In this document: piece after piece, positions 15,038 through 23,562 of the stretch
Numbering within the stretch: position 1 is the first letter of the stretch
Layout of the letters: each line of letters starts with the position of its first letter
Translations under genes and position numbers: made by a program
IMG/VR virus record: IMGVR_UViG_3300017728_000040
Span: 1-36,938 of that record
Strand: one strand, 5' to 3'
Source: a virus
Length of the DNA: 36,938 nucleotides
Notes under the pieces: model-generated
Database searches by the model: none
What the model saw: the letters and a program-made list of their open reading frames with translations, nothing else
Told to the model about the DNA's origin: nothing

Positions 15038-17057
15038 GAAGATCAGAGTGAAGAAGAAACGCACACAAGCCCAAACCCCTGCACCTAAAAAAGATCAAGT
15101 CACAGGATCAAAGAAGAATCCAAAGGGTTCTGCAAGTGGTTCAAGAGGTGGTATCAAAATCTCTGACCAAGCAATCAAGACACTTGAGAACTACAAAGAC
15201 GAGCATAATGAAAAGTACAGTGCAAAGTCTAAACAGATTGATATGGGTACACTCAAAGCAATCTTCAGACGTGGTGCGGGTGCCTTCTCTTCAAGTCATA
15301 GACCTCAAGTGTCTTCACGAACTCAATGGGCGTTGGCACGAGTCAAAGCCTTTTTGAAACTAGTTGGCACAGGTGAACGCAAGAAATCATACACTACTGA
15401 TTTGGATTTACTACCCAAGGGTCACCCCCAACGCACTGACAAAGAAACTAAAAGTGAATTGCTTGCTATTCCTGATAAGTATTCACACATTGACTTTGTA
15501 CCTCCCAAGGGAGTTCAAGCAGCTGCAAAACGTGCACTTGAAGTTCGAGCAACTAAACCACCTTCACAACGGGGTGGTACAGAAGTTGGACTTGCTCGTG
15601 CAAGAGACTTGTCTAACGGTAAACAACTTAGTCCTGATACTGTCAGAAGAATGTTGAATTATTTCACACGCCATGAAGTCGATAAACAAGGGTCCACTTG
15701 GTCTGATCAAGGCAAAGGTTGGCAAGCTTGGAATCTATGGGGTGGTGATGCAGGATATTCATATGCACGAAAAACGGTAAAACAAATGAACACAGCTGAT
15801 TCAAAAGCAACGTCATTGACTGCATATGCAGAAGCATTGCAGTTGAACGAAATTAGAACGTATGAAGTGCCCAATGGTTTAACCATAGGCAGACCGTTCA
15901 AAACTCTCTCAATGGGCCAAGTCTCTTCACGCATGAATGGTGCACCCCTTGGTGATGCCATTGACCATGAACTATTAAATGAAATGGTTCGTGTGTTTAA
16001 CATGCGTAAAGAATCTGACCCTGTCATCATTGATTGGCAACATGCCACAAGCCCTTTTCAAGATGGTATTCAAGGGCCTGATGCAGGTAATGCATTGGGT
16101 GTCATTGTAGACCTCGAACTTAAGGATGATGGTTTGTATGCAGTGCCTGCATATAATGAGAGGGGCCTTAAAGTAGTTAATGAAGCTGGTGGAATACTTT
16201 GGTCTAGTCCTGAGTATTTACACGGTGAAATATTCACGCGTGATGGTGGTGATAAAGTTGGTGATGCTCAACTGTTAGCAATCACATTGACCCCACGGCC
16301 TGCACAACAATCTGACAAAATAGACAGAGTCACACTAAAGGAGAATTTGAACATGTATTCAAAAGACCAGTTGGATGCGATGGATCATAACGATCTTGTA
16401 GACTTTGCAACTCGTGAGCAAGATCTGAATCAACAAAAAGATGACATGATCAAGCAACTAGAGAAGCAAGTTAAAACCATGAATGAAGACAATGAATCTA
16501 AGATTGCACAAGACAATGAAGAATTGTCAGAGCATGACAAAGATGAAAAACTTGGTGAGCATTCAGATGATGAAAAGATGAATGAGCACTATGACAAAAA
16601 AGAAGAAGATGAAGACAAGGACAAGAAAATGAAAGAACATCAAAAGATGAGTGAATCACTTGCAAGTCCTGCTTTGCTTTCTGAAATCCAAATGTTGAGA
16701 GAACAAGTCTCACAATTGCGTCAAGACAAGATCGAAGTTGAAAAGTCTTCTGCAGTGAAACAATTGCTAAGTGAAGGCAAGATCTCACCTAATGAGGAAA
16801 GCGTTGCTCGTGAAGCGTATGACATGAAACTTGAAGGGCGTGACTCTTTTTGGGCAATGTTCAGTGAACGTCAAAACAACAGCGTTGTACCAATGAACAC
16901 AATTGGACACGGTGCAAGTGGTCAAGAGATCACCAAAGAAACAATCAATCTTAAGATTAAGAAATTAAGTGAAGATAAAGGACTTAGTTACAGTCAAGCA
17001 CTGACTGAGTTCAGAACTTCAAATCCTTCTGAATATAACCAAGCGTATGGGGTTTAA
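15030..17057 (+). CDS. Head maturation protease/scaffold polyprotein (Mu I-like) with N-terminal accessory domains
   Basis: 675 aa. The block DPVIIDWQHATSP resembles the Mu-I protease family. The C-terminal third is a charged coiled coil, which is scaffold-like. It lies between the portal and capsid genes. Confidence 0.55.
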   Translation: MVKKIRVKKKRTQAQTPAPKKDQVTGSKKNPKGSASGSRGGIKISDQAIKTLENYKDEHNEKYSAKSKQIDMGTLKAIFRRGAGAFSSSHRPQVSSRTQWALARVKAFLKLVGTGERKKSYTTDLDLLPKGHPQRTDKETKSELLAIPDKYSHIDFVPPKGVQAAAKRALEVRATKPPSQRGGTEVGLARARDLSNGKQLSPDTVRRMLNYFTRHEVDKQGSTWSDQGKGWQAWNLWGGDAGYSYARKTVKQMNTADSKATSLTAYAEALQLNEIRTYEVPNGLTIGRPFKTLSMGQVSSRMNGAPLGDAIDHELLNEMVRVFNMRKESDPVIIDWQHATSPFQDGIQGPDAGNALGVIVDLELKDDGLYAVPAYNERGLKVVNEAGGILWSSPEYLHGEIFTRDGGDKVGDAQLLAITLTPRPAQQSDKIDRVTLKENLNMYSKDQLDAMDHNDLVDFATREQDLNQQKDDMIKQLEKQVKTMNEDNESKIAQDNEELSEHDKDEKLGEHSDDEKMNEHYDKKEEDEDKDKKMKEHQKMSESLASPALLSEIQMLREQVSQLRQDKIEVEKSSAVKQLLSEGKISPNEESVAREAYDMKLEGRDSFWAMFSERQNNSVVPMNTIGHGASGQEITKETINLKIKKLSEDKGLSYSQALTEFRTSNPSEYNQAYGV

Positions 17058-17059
17058 TC

Positions 17060-17446
17060 ATGCAAACTCAAAATATTGTTGAATCATTTGTGGCAGCAGA
17101 AGCCATCACTGAATTTGCTCTAGTATCAATTGATGCCAATGGCAAAATCACCATCACTGATGCAGGCACTGAAATTGGATGTGTTGGCGTTGCACAACGT
17201 GCATGCAATGCTGGTGATACTGTTGAAGTCGTTATCCATGGAACAACACGAGTGATTGCAAGTGCAGCACTAACATTTGGAACTACACCATTATTGACAG
17301 GTGCAGCCAATGGTGAAGTTGCAGCAGTTACTACAGGAAAATATCCTGTATGTCGTGCACTTCCAAACATCAACCAAAAATCAACAGCGGCCCAAGGTGA
17401 ACAATTTCTCGTTCTCTTCACAGGCCCTTCTGTAGTTAAAGCTTAA
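17060..17446 (+). CDS. Head decoration protein (DUF2190-like)
   Basis: 128 aa and Ala/Gly/Thr-rich. Pattern is GVAQRACNAGDTVEVVIHG ... G-x-V. It is immediately upstream of the capsid gene. Confidence 0.6.
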   Translation: MQTQNIVESFVAAEAITEFALVSIDANGKITITDAGTEIGCVGVAQRACNAGDTVEVVIHGTTRVIASAALTFGTTPLLTGAANGEVAAVTTGKYPVCRALPNINQKSTAAQGEQFLVLFTGPSVVKA

Positions 17447-17458
17447 GGAGTTTAACCA

Positions 17459-18469
17459 ATGGCATCATCATATAGCAATATCCATCCTGTTGATCAGATC
17501 TTAACTTCACTTGCAATTGAATCTGTTCCTTCTGATTCACAATTGATTGCTGATCAAATCTTTGAAAAAGTAAACATTCCTGAAAGAAGTGGAACACTCT
17601 TAATTGAGAACACACGCAACTTTATGGGATCACCTTCACTTGACCTCGAACGTGCACCTGGTGCATCTCGAACAATGATTGGTTCTTTTGATCGCACTAA
17701 CTTAACTTATAAAGCTAAGATCTACAGTGCATCAGATTCAATTGCCATGGAGGATATCGAAGATTCTCAATACCCTGGTAGTGAAGAAGCACGAATCATC
17801 CGTAAAGTAGCCCGCACAATGAAACTTGCAAAAGAGAAACGAGCGGCAGACTTATTGTTTGACAACACTGTGTTTACTAAAACATCAACAGCTGCTGCTA
17901 TTCCAAGTGGTAAAGGTGTGAAGTTCAATGCAGCAGGTGCAGAACCTTTAAGTGATCTTCACTTAGTTAAAGACCAAGTGTTTGCAAACTCACACGGCAT
18001 CAACCCTGATACACTAGTATTAGGTCGTGAAGTATTCCGTGAACTTGCTCGCAATCCTGAAATGCGTGGATACGTTGGTGATGCAACAGCAGGCATTGCA
18101 AGTGGTAATCTTCTTCTTAATGATGAGACTATCATTCAAGTTCTTAAAAACGTTCTTGGTATTCCAAACGTTTATGTTGGTGCTGCACGCCGTGAAACAG
18201 CTGTTGCAGGTGCAACTTCTGCAGAAGGTTATATCTGGACAGGTGATTCCATCTTTATGGGAATTATGAAAGGTTCTGATGCCATCGTTTCTAAGACAGG
18301 TAATGTGAAAGCAATGCCTGTTGCAGCACTTGACTTTGAATACAAAGACATGATTGCAGGACAATACGATTCTCTTGATCTGATCCGCCGTTATGTATGG
18401 TCAGAGCAAGTCAACTTGTTCTCTAAGATTGATGATAACTTTGCATTCTTAGTGACTGACTGTCTATAA
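17459..18469 (+). CDS. Major capsid protein
   Basis: 336 aa. It follows the protease/scaffold and decoration genes. SD is AAGGAG. Confidence 0.75.
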   Translation: MASSYSNIHPVDQILTSLAIESVPSDSQLIADQIFEKVNIPERSGTLLIENTRNFMGSPSLDLERAPGASRTMIGSFDRTNLTYKAKIYSASDSIAMEDIEDSQYPGSEEARIIRKVARTMKLAKEKRAADLLFDNTVFTKTSTAAAIPSGKGVKFNAAGAEPLSDLHLVKDQVFANSHGINPDTLVLGREVFRELARNPEMRGYVGDATAGIASGNLLLNDETIIQVLKNVLGIPNVYVGAARRETAVAGATSAEGYIWTGDSIFMGIMKGSDAIVSKTGNVKAMPVAALDFEYKDMIAGQYDSLDLIRRYVWSEQVNLFSKIDDNFAFLVTDCL

Positions 18470-18479
18470 GAGTTGATTA

Positions 18480-19400
18480 ATGTTTTATTGCTTTGAAGAA
18501 CACTCACATGTGATGTTAGCTGAAAGTGTGGATGCTGATGAAAAGGCTATTCAAGACTTGCAACGTCAAGTGAAAGATCAACCAAAGCAACTTGCAGACA
18601 TTACCAAAGCAAAGATTAAAGAACTAAAAGCAGAAAAGAAAACAGCAGACCAGTTTGGTCAAGTCTATTCGAAGTCATCAAAGAAGTTAATCAAACAACT
18701 TGATGACCTCCTTAAACAAACAGACCCTGCTGTTTTATTAGACCTTCAAAGGGAACAGTTAATTGAACTAGTTCTTGAAGGTGGATTTGCTGATTCAATA
18801 GAAGACTTTATTGAACAACAAGATAAATTACTTCAATCAATAAATGAATCATTGGCGGTGGTTGATCCAACATGGACACCCCTATTCATTGAGAATGAAG
18901 TTGATGCATTGAAGACTCTGACTGTTCAGAATGTCTTTGATGATATTGTGATCCCTGCCGTATCAAAGAACGTGCGTGATTCATTGCTTTCCATGGTTGT
19001 AGATACACCCAAGGATCAAGCAATGTCTAATCTTGCACAATCCCTTCAACGGGGTGCAGGTTCTTTGCAGACAGAAGTGCGTACAAAAATCAGTCAGTTT
19101 GGCAGATCTGTCAACATGATTGCCTCTGATGCTGTTGGCATAGATCTGTATTTATATACAGGCCCTAAAGATGGAATCACTAGAAACTTTTGCAAAGCCT
19201 TAATCAATAAGGTTCTGACTAAAGATCAATTAAATAAACTAAACAATAACCAAGGTCTTTCTGTGAGATCATCGTGCGGTGGCTATAATTGCAGACATTC
19301 CTTGAGTCCTGTAACATCCAACTTTGTTGAACTTGCAAACCTCGAGCTTGCGAAATCAAAAGACATTTCAGATGCAAACAGTGGAGCAAAGAAGAGATGA
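18480..19400 (+). CDS. Head morphogenesis protein, Mu F / SPP1 gp7-like
   Basis: C-terminal block YTGPKDGITRNFCKALINKVLTKDQL...CGGYNCRHSLSPV. Confidence 0.55.
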   Translation: MFYCFEEHSHVMLAESVDADEKAIQDLQRQVKDQPKQLADITKAKIKELKAEKKTADQFGQVYSKSSKKLIKQLDDLLKQTDPAVLLDLQREQLIELVLEGGFADSIEDFIEQQDKLLQSINESLAVVDPTWTPLFIENEVDALKTLTVQNVFDDIVIPAVSKNVRDSLLSMVVDTPKDQAMSNLAQSLQRGAGSLQTEVRTKISQFGRSVNMIASDAVGIDLYLYTGPKDGITRNFCKALINKVLTKDQLNKLNNNQGLSVRSSCGGYNCRHSLSPVTSNFVELANLELAKSKDISDANSGAKKR

Positions 19401-20344
19401 GAAAAGCAGTATTAAATAAAGACTATACGTTTGAATGGATTGCACCAAGTCCTATCAGTGGCACACCTGTCTTGACCTTGAACAGTATCAACTATAATCT
19501 TTCACAGTCTCGTGCAAATGCCACTGTGTCTGCCATTGCTAATGACAGAAGAACACTGACAGTTGACAATCAAGCAACAGGATTGCAACGTGATCAAATG
19601 AAGGGGTTCTTGATCACCAATGGTGATACGTTCTACAACGTGTCTATTGTTCGAGTGGTTGGTACAACTGCAATCTTAGCAGAACCATTACCCCGTGAAA
19701 TTGATCTGACAACCAATGCAACACTTGAGTTTGCCCTTTGGTCAACTACACTTGCAAACACTATTGCAGCCTTGACCACTGCAAACACATATCCATATCA
19801 AGTGAACTTCATAACAGACCTTGGTGCATTGACACAATCAAAGCAAGAAAAGGGTTTGTTGAAGTCCACACCTAGACCTTTCGAAACAGGTCTTTCACAT
19901 GATGATCTGGTTGGATTGTTTGCACAATTAGCAGATATGATTCCAAGAAGACAAAGCGACTTTGAACCACAAATCAAAGGTGCATTGAATGAATTAATTT
20001 TACAAGTTCGTGATGTTGTCTTGTCAGATAATGCAACAGAGGATGAGGTATTCAATCCTGAACAGTTTCATCTTGCACATGCTTATTGTACAGCTGCAAT
20101 CATCTATGAACTTAATCTGCAATTAGATGTGGCAGATCAAATGCGTCAAAGATGCCATGATCTAATGGAAATAGCCTTGCGTTCATTAGCATTGGATTTG
20201 GATGGTGATGGAGTGATTGACACGGGCGAACTTGATAGGCGTGAAACGGGGGGTAAGCAATCAGACTTCCGTGCATCATGGAAAGGCTACACACGAACAA
20301 GCAATGATTCATTCTTCACTGCCACAAGAGGAATGAAACACTGA
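19397..20344 (+). CDS. Structural protein (head-tail connector candidate) with an EF-hand-like loop
   Basis: 315 aa with an ATGA overlap. Carries DLDGDGVIDTGE at residues 267-278. Confidence 0.55.
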   Translation: MRKAVLNKDYTFEWIAPSPISGTPVLTLNSINYNLSQSRANATVSAIANDRRTLTVDNQATGLQRDQMKGFLITNGDTFYNVSIVRVVGTTAILAEPLPREIDLTTNATLEFALWSTTLANTIAALTTANTYPYQVNFITDLGALTQSKQEKGLLKSTPRPFETGLSHDDLVGLFAQLADMIPRRQSDFEPQIKGALNELILQVRDVVLSDNATEDEVFNPEQFHLAHAYCTAAIIYELNLQLDVADQMRQRCHDLMEIALRSLALDLDGDGVIDTGELDRRETGGKQSDFRASWKGYTRTSNDSFFTATRGMKH

Positions 20345-20871
20345 TGCCTAGCAAAGTAAAATTAAACTTACCCAAGGCCATATGGACAAAAGCAGACACC
20401 ATGCGTTTGGCATTGGACACACTCGCATCAATCAAGCTAAGGACAAGCAAAGGTCTTGATGCAAGCGGTGGCAAGTTTAAGGAATACTCAAAGAAAAAGA
20501 TTTATATATCTGTCAATAAAGGCACGGGTGCACGTTTAAAACCTAAAGGTGGAATACTAACAAAGACAGGTAAAACCATGCGGTTTGATGGTGGCTATCA
20601 AGAGTATAAAAACTTATCAAGAAAACGTGGTACTGTACCTGGTCAAACAGATTCAGCAGAAGTTGACCTTGTTCTTTCAGGTGCATTGATGAACAATCTT
20701 GTAATATTGAAAGCAACTAAAACGCACTTTGTCATTGGCTTGACAAAACATGCTAAACATTATGGCTATGCAGTAAATGAACAACGTGAATACTTAGGTC
20801 TTTCACCAAGTGAAATACGTTTGCTTGTAGTTGCAGCTCGTCAAACCATTGCAGATAAGTTGGGCAAATAA
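20344..20871 (+). CDS. Virion morphogenesis / neck protein candidate
   Basis: 175 aa with a TGATG overlap. The call rests on position. GLDASGGKFKEYS ... REYLGLSPSE is reminiscent of Mu G-type proteins. Confidence 0.45.
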   Translation: MPSKVKLNLPKAIWTKADTMRLALDTLASIKLRTSKGLDASGGKFKEYSKKKIYISVNKGTGARLKPKGGILTKTGKTMRFDGGYQEYKNLSRKRGTVPGQTDSAEVDLVLSGALMNNLVILKATKTHFVIGLTKHAKHYGYAVNEQREYLGLSPSEIRLLVVAARQTIADKLGK

Positions 20872-21335
20872 TGAGTCAAGGTATATTCAAAGCAACTGAG
20901 AAACTTGAAGACATGATTGAAGGCATCACACCAAAGACTGATGCACATCATGGATTCATTGCAATTGAAACAGGCAACGGTCGAACACAACCACTTGATC
21001 AACGTCCAAACTCAACACGCTATTTTGAAATCATTACATTGAACTTTGCAAGTGATGACGGTGAAGCGGGTTTAAGCGGTCGAAAGAGAACATCCATGGA
21101 ATTAAGGGTACGATATGATATACCTCAAGACCTTGGATTCTTAAGAAGGTTGATCAATGAAGATGCATCAAAGTTGATTGATACTTTAAAAGGACCTAAC
21201 TATGATTTAGTCAACACAGGTATTGTTTCTTTGATACCTGGTGTACCATCTACAGACAACATACAAGACATCAATGGAGTGGTTGAAGCCGTTTTGCTTT
21301 TACTGCCTTTTGACCTTTTATATTTGGAGGAATAA
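20871..21335 (+). CDS. Structural protein (tail terminator/completion candidate)
   Basis: 154 aa with a TAATG overlap. Called on position only. Confidence 0.45.
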   Translation: MSQGIFKATEKLEDMIEGITPKTDAHHGFIAIETGNGRTQPLDQRPNSTRYFEIITLNFASDDGEAGLSGRKRTSMELRVRYDIPQDLGFLRRLINEDASKLIDTLKGPNYDLVNTGIVSLIPGVPSTDNIQDINGVVEAVLLLLPFDLLYLEE

Positions 21336-21424
21336 AAATGAGTGTAACACACAGATCAATTGGTGTGATTAATGAATAATCGTTTGGATCACTTGACAGT
21401 AATGGTTTACCGTCCACATCCGGA

Positions 21425-22627
21425 TTGTCCTTTGTTTCAATTCCTTGTGAACGTGATCCTATCGTGATTTATGGTGAACCCGTTGCATCAGAAAGAAATG
21501 ATGCTCGTGATGGTTCATACGGATTACCTCCTGAACCTGACACTGTATATTCAAGTGACGCTCGTGTTCGAAGAAGAACAGGGCAAGTAGTAATTCAATT
21601 AGACTTAACCACTGTTGGTGCTACACCTGACAACTATGACACCAACTACCTTGGTTACTTGCTTGGTGCAGGTTTCTTGACTGCTAAACATTCTTTTGCA
21701 TCTGATACACCAACAGGTGTGAGTAATACCAATTTGTTTACCCCCACAGAAACCAACACAGATTATTCTGTAGGTGCTCTACTAGGTGTGGAGGTTGCAG
21801 GCCGTGCTGAATACAGTGCAGTGACAGACAATGATGATGCAGGAAAGGTATCAATTTCTCCTGCTTTGTCTGCACTAACTACATCAGATACAATTCGAGC
21901 AATGCAAACTTGGTACCCTGGTTCAAGAACTGCAACAGGAACAAAAGTTTCAAGTGTGGCCTTCCAAGTCAATGGTGTGAACTTCAAGACCAATTGCTTT
22001 GGATGTGTTCTTGAATCTGTATCAATCAGTTTAGACAATGGGCGTGTGATGGCAGAAATGACCTATCAATCAGCATGCATTCAAGATGACCATGGCAACG
22101 CCGTTGGACCTATTGAACCATTATACAATGCAGGATCACCCCCTTTCTTTAGAGGATCATACGTTGTGGTTTCAACCACTTCACCAACTTCATTAACCAA
22201 TGCAAGTGGAACAGGTGACAAGCTAGCAAGAACTAAACTTGATTGTGAGGATTTCACTCTGACAATCACCAACACACTGACACCATTAGGTCATTCTGAT
22301 TCCATTCTTGCAATGTCAGGAATGGAGATTTCAGACGTTGATGTAGAATTAACCTTGACACTTTCAACTTTAAACACCACTTTGAATCAAGATTATTTCA
22401 ACCGCACCGTTCGTCAAGTGCTTGTAGGAACGGGTCCAATTGGAAATGGCAAGGGGTGTGCATTCATGATACCTGCTGCTTATCTCACCAATGATCCAAG
22501 TGCATATGATGTTAGTGGCAATGACATTGTAAGACAAACATTGAACTACAAGCAAAGCCGCTTTGGTGGGGATCTTTCAGAAACAGGTGCAGGCAATAGT
22601 CCTGTGCGTTTAGCATTGGGAGTCTAA
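21425..22627 (+). CDS. Major tail (tube) protein candidate; 5' end unresolved
   Basis: 400 aa, directly upstream of the chaperone and tape-measure genes. The track start is a TTG without an SD. An SD+ATG at 21338 is in frame but separated by TAA 21377..21379. Confidence 0.55.
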   Translation: MSFVSIPCERDPIVIYGEPVASERNDARDGSYGLPPEPDTVYSSDARVRRRTGQVVIQLDLTTVGATPDNYDTNYLGYLLGAGFLTAKHSFASDTPTGVSNTNLFTPTETNTDYSVGALLGVEVAGRAEYSAVTDNDDAGKVSISPALSALTTSDTIRAMQTWYPGSRTATGTKVSSVAFQVNGVNFKTNCFGCVLESVSISLDNGRVMAEMTYQSACIQDDHGNAVGPIEPLYNAGSPPFFRGSYVVVSTTSPTSLTNASGTGDKLARTKLDCEDFTLTITNTLTPLGHSDSILAMSGMEISDVDVELTLTLSTLNTTLNQDYFNRTVRQVLVGTGPIGNGKGCAFMIPAAYLTNDPSAYDVSGNDIVRQTLNYKQSRFGGDLSETGAGNSPVRLALGV

Positions 22628-22630
22628 ACA

Positions 22631-23137
22631 ATGGCAATTTCCTTCTTGTCTTCTTCAAACTCAACAATTGATGTTCACCTTTCTTTTGATCCATCTGTAC
22701 ACATGACAGATGAAGAAAGGAGTGAATACTTGACAAGTGGGATATTCAAAGGCCGTTTAGATGAGGATGCAACCAAGTTTAAATTAAAAGCACTTTCACC
22801 AAGTGAACGTGAAGAGGCAGAAGTTCGAGCGGGTTCATTCACTCGTTCTGAACTTGGTCGTTTGCTTTGGATTGAATCACCATCTGATGACAAAGAAAAA
22901 GCCTTATGGCATCACGCACTTTCTGATGAAGAGAAAACAGCTGTATCATCTTATCAAGCATACTTGAACAGAGTGTATCTTGAAATGATTGATGCTTCCT
23001 TGATTTCAGTAAATGATGAAGATGCAAGCATTGAAACAGTTCAAGCGATTAGACCAGAAGCACATAGAATCCAAGCAATCACAGAACTTGTTTTACATGT
23101 TCAACGTATTTCATTGGTAGGTGACGAGGGAAAATAG
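22631..23137 (+). CDS. Tail assembly chaperone (G-like)
   Basis: 168 aa and acidic, immediately upstream of the tape measure. It ends at the slippery site. Confidence 0.75.
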   Translation: MAISFLSSSNSTIDVHLSFDPSVHMTDEERSEYLTSGIFKGRLDEDATKFKLKALSPSEREEAEVRAGSFTRSELGRLLWIESPSDDKEKALWHHALSDEEKTAVSSYQAYLNRVYLEMIDASLISVNDEDASIETVQAIRPEAHRIQAITELVLHVQRISLVGDEGK

Positions 23138-23562
23138 CACTTGCCACTGCCGTGTGGGTTCCACATAGTGGTGGCAGATCATGGTCATGTGATCAATGCC
23201 GTTCAAAAAAAGGCTTGCGTGAATTGCGTGGCAACTGTGGAAATGCATTTAAAGATGGATTGCCCTTGTCTGATGAAGATGAACACGGGCGGTTTGTACC
23301 TGGTTATCGAATAGCACCAAACTGTGGTGAATGGTATTCAGATTTAAAAGTGCGTTCTTGTCCAATTGCAGGAATGAACAAAATGGCATCAATCATCACT
23401 GCATTCAATCGACATCAAAGCGGCCTGATTCGATTGACAGAGACATTTCCAAATCCATCATGTGCAATCTTAGATTGCTTTGATATACTCAATTCAAACA
23501 CAAATGAATTGCAACGCCGTTCACATGAACAACAAATGAAGGAATTGAACCATGGCAACTGA
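22631..23562 (+). CDS. Tail assembly chaperone frameshift product (GT-like; 22631..23134 joined to 23134..23562 by a -1 shift)
   Basis: The downstream ORF has no ATG of its own (GTG in the track). It is in the -1 frame relative to G and overlaps the tape-measure start. Predicted fusion is about 310 aa. Confidence 0.7.
23128..23134 (+). promoter_or_regulatory. -1 programmed frameshift slippery heptamer G GGA AAA
   Basis: GGGAAAA is in the X XXY YYZ register of the 22631 frame and is followed at once by TAG. The -1 frame is open from 23125 to 23562. Confidence 0.75.

Noticed and set aside
17068-17421. Long antisense ORFs inside strong sense genes (17068..17421, 23629..24114, 25270..25563, 25808..26260, and 33250..33564 and its repeats)
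   Set aside because: Each is fully nested opposite a gene with clear function, position or motifs, mostly in Ala/Gly/Thr-rich regions where antisense frames stay open by composition. None has an SD-like start. The fibre antisense ORFs recur only because the sense repeats recur.
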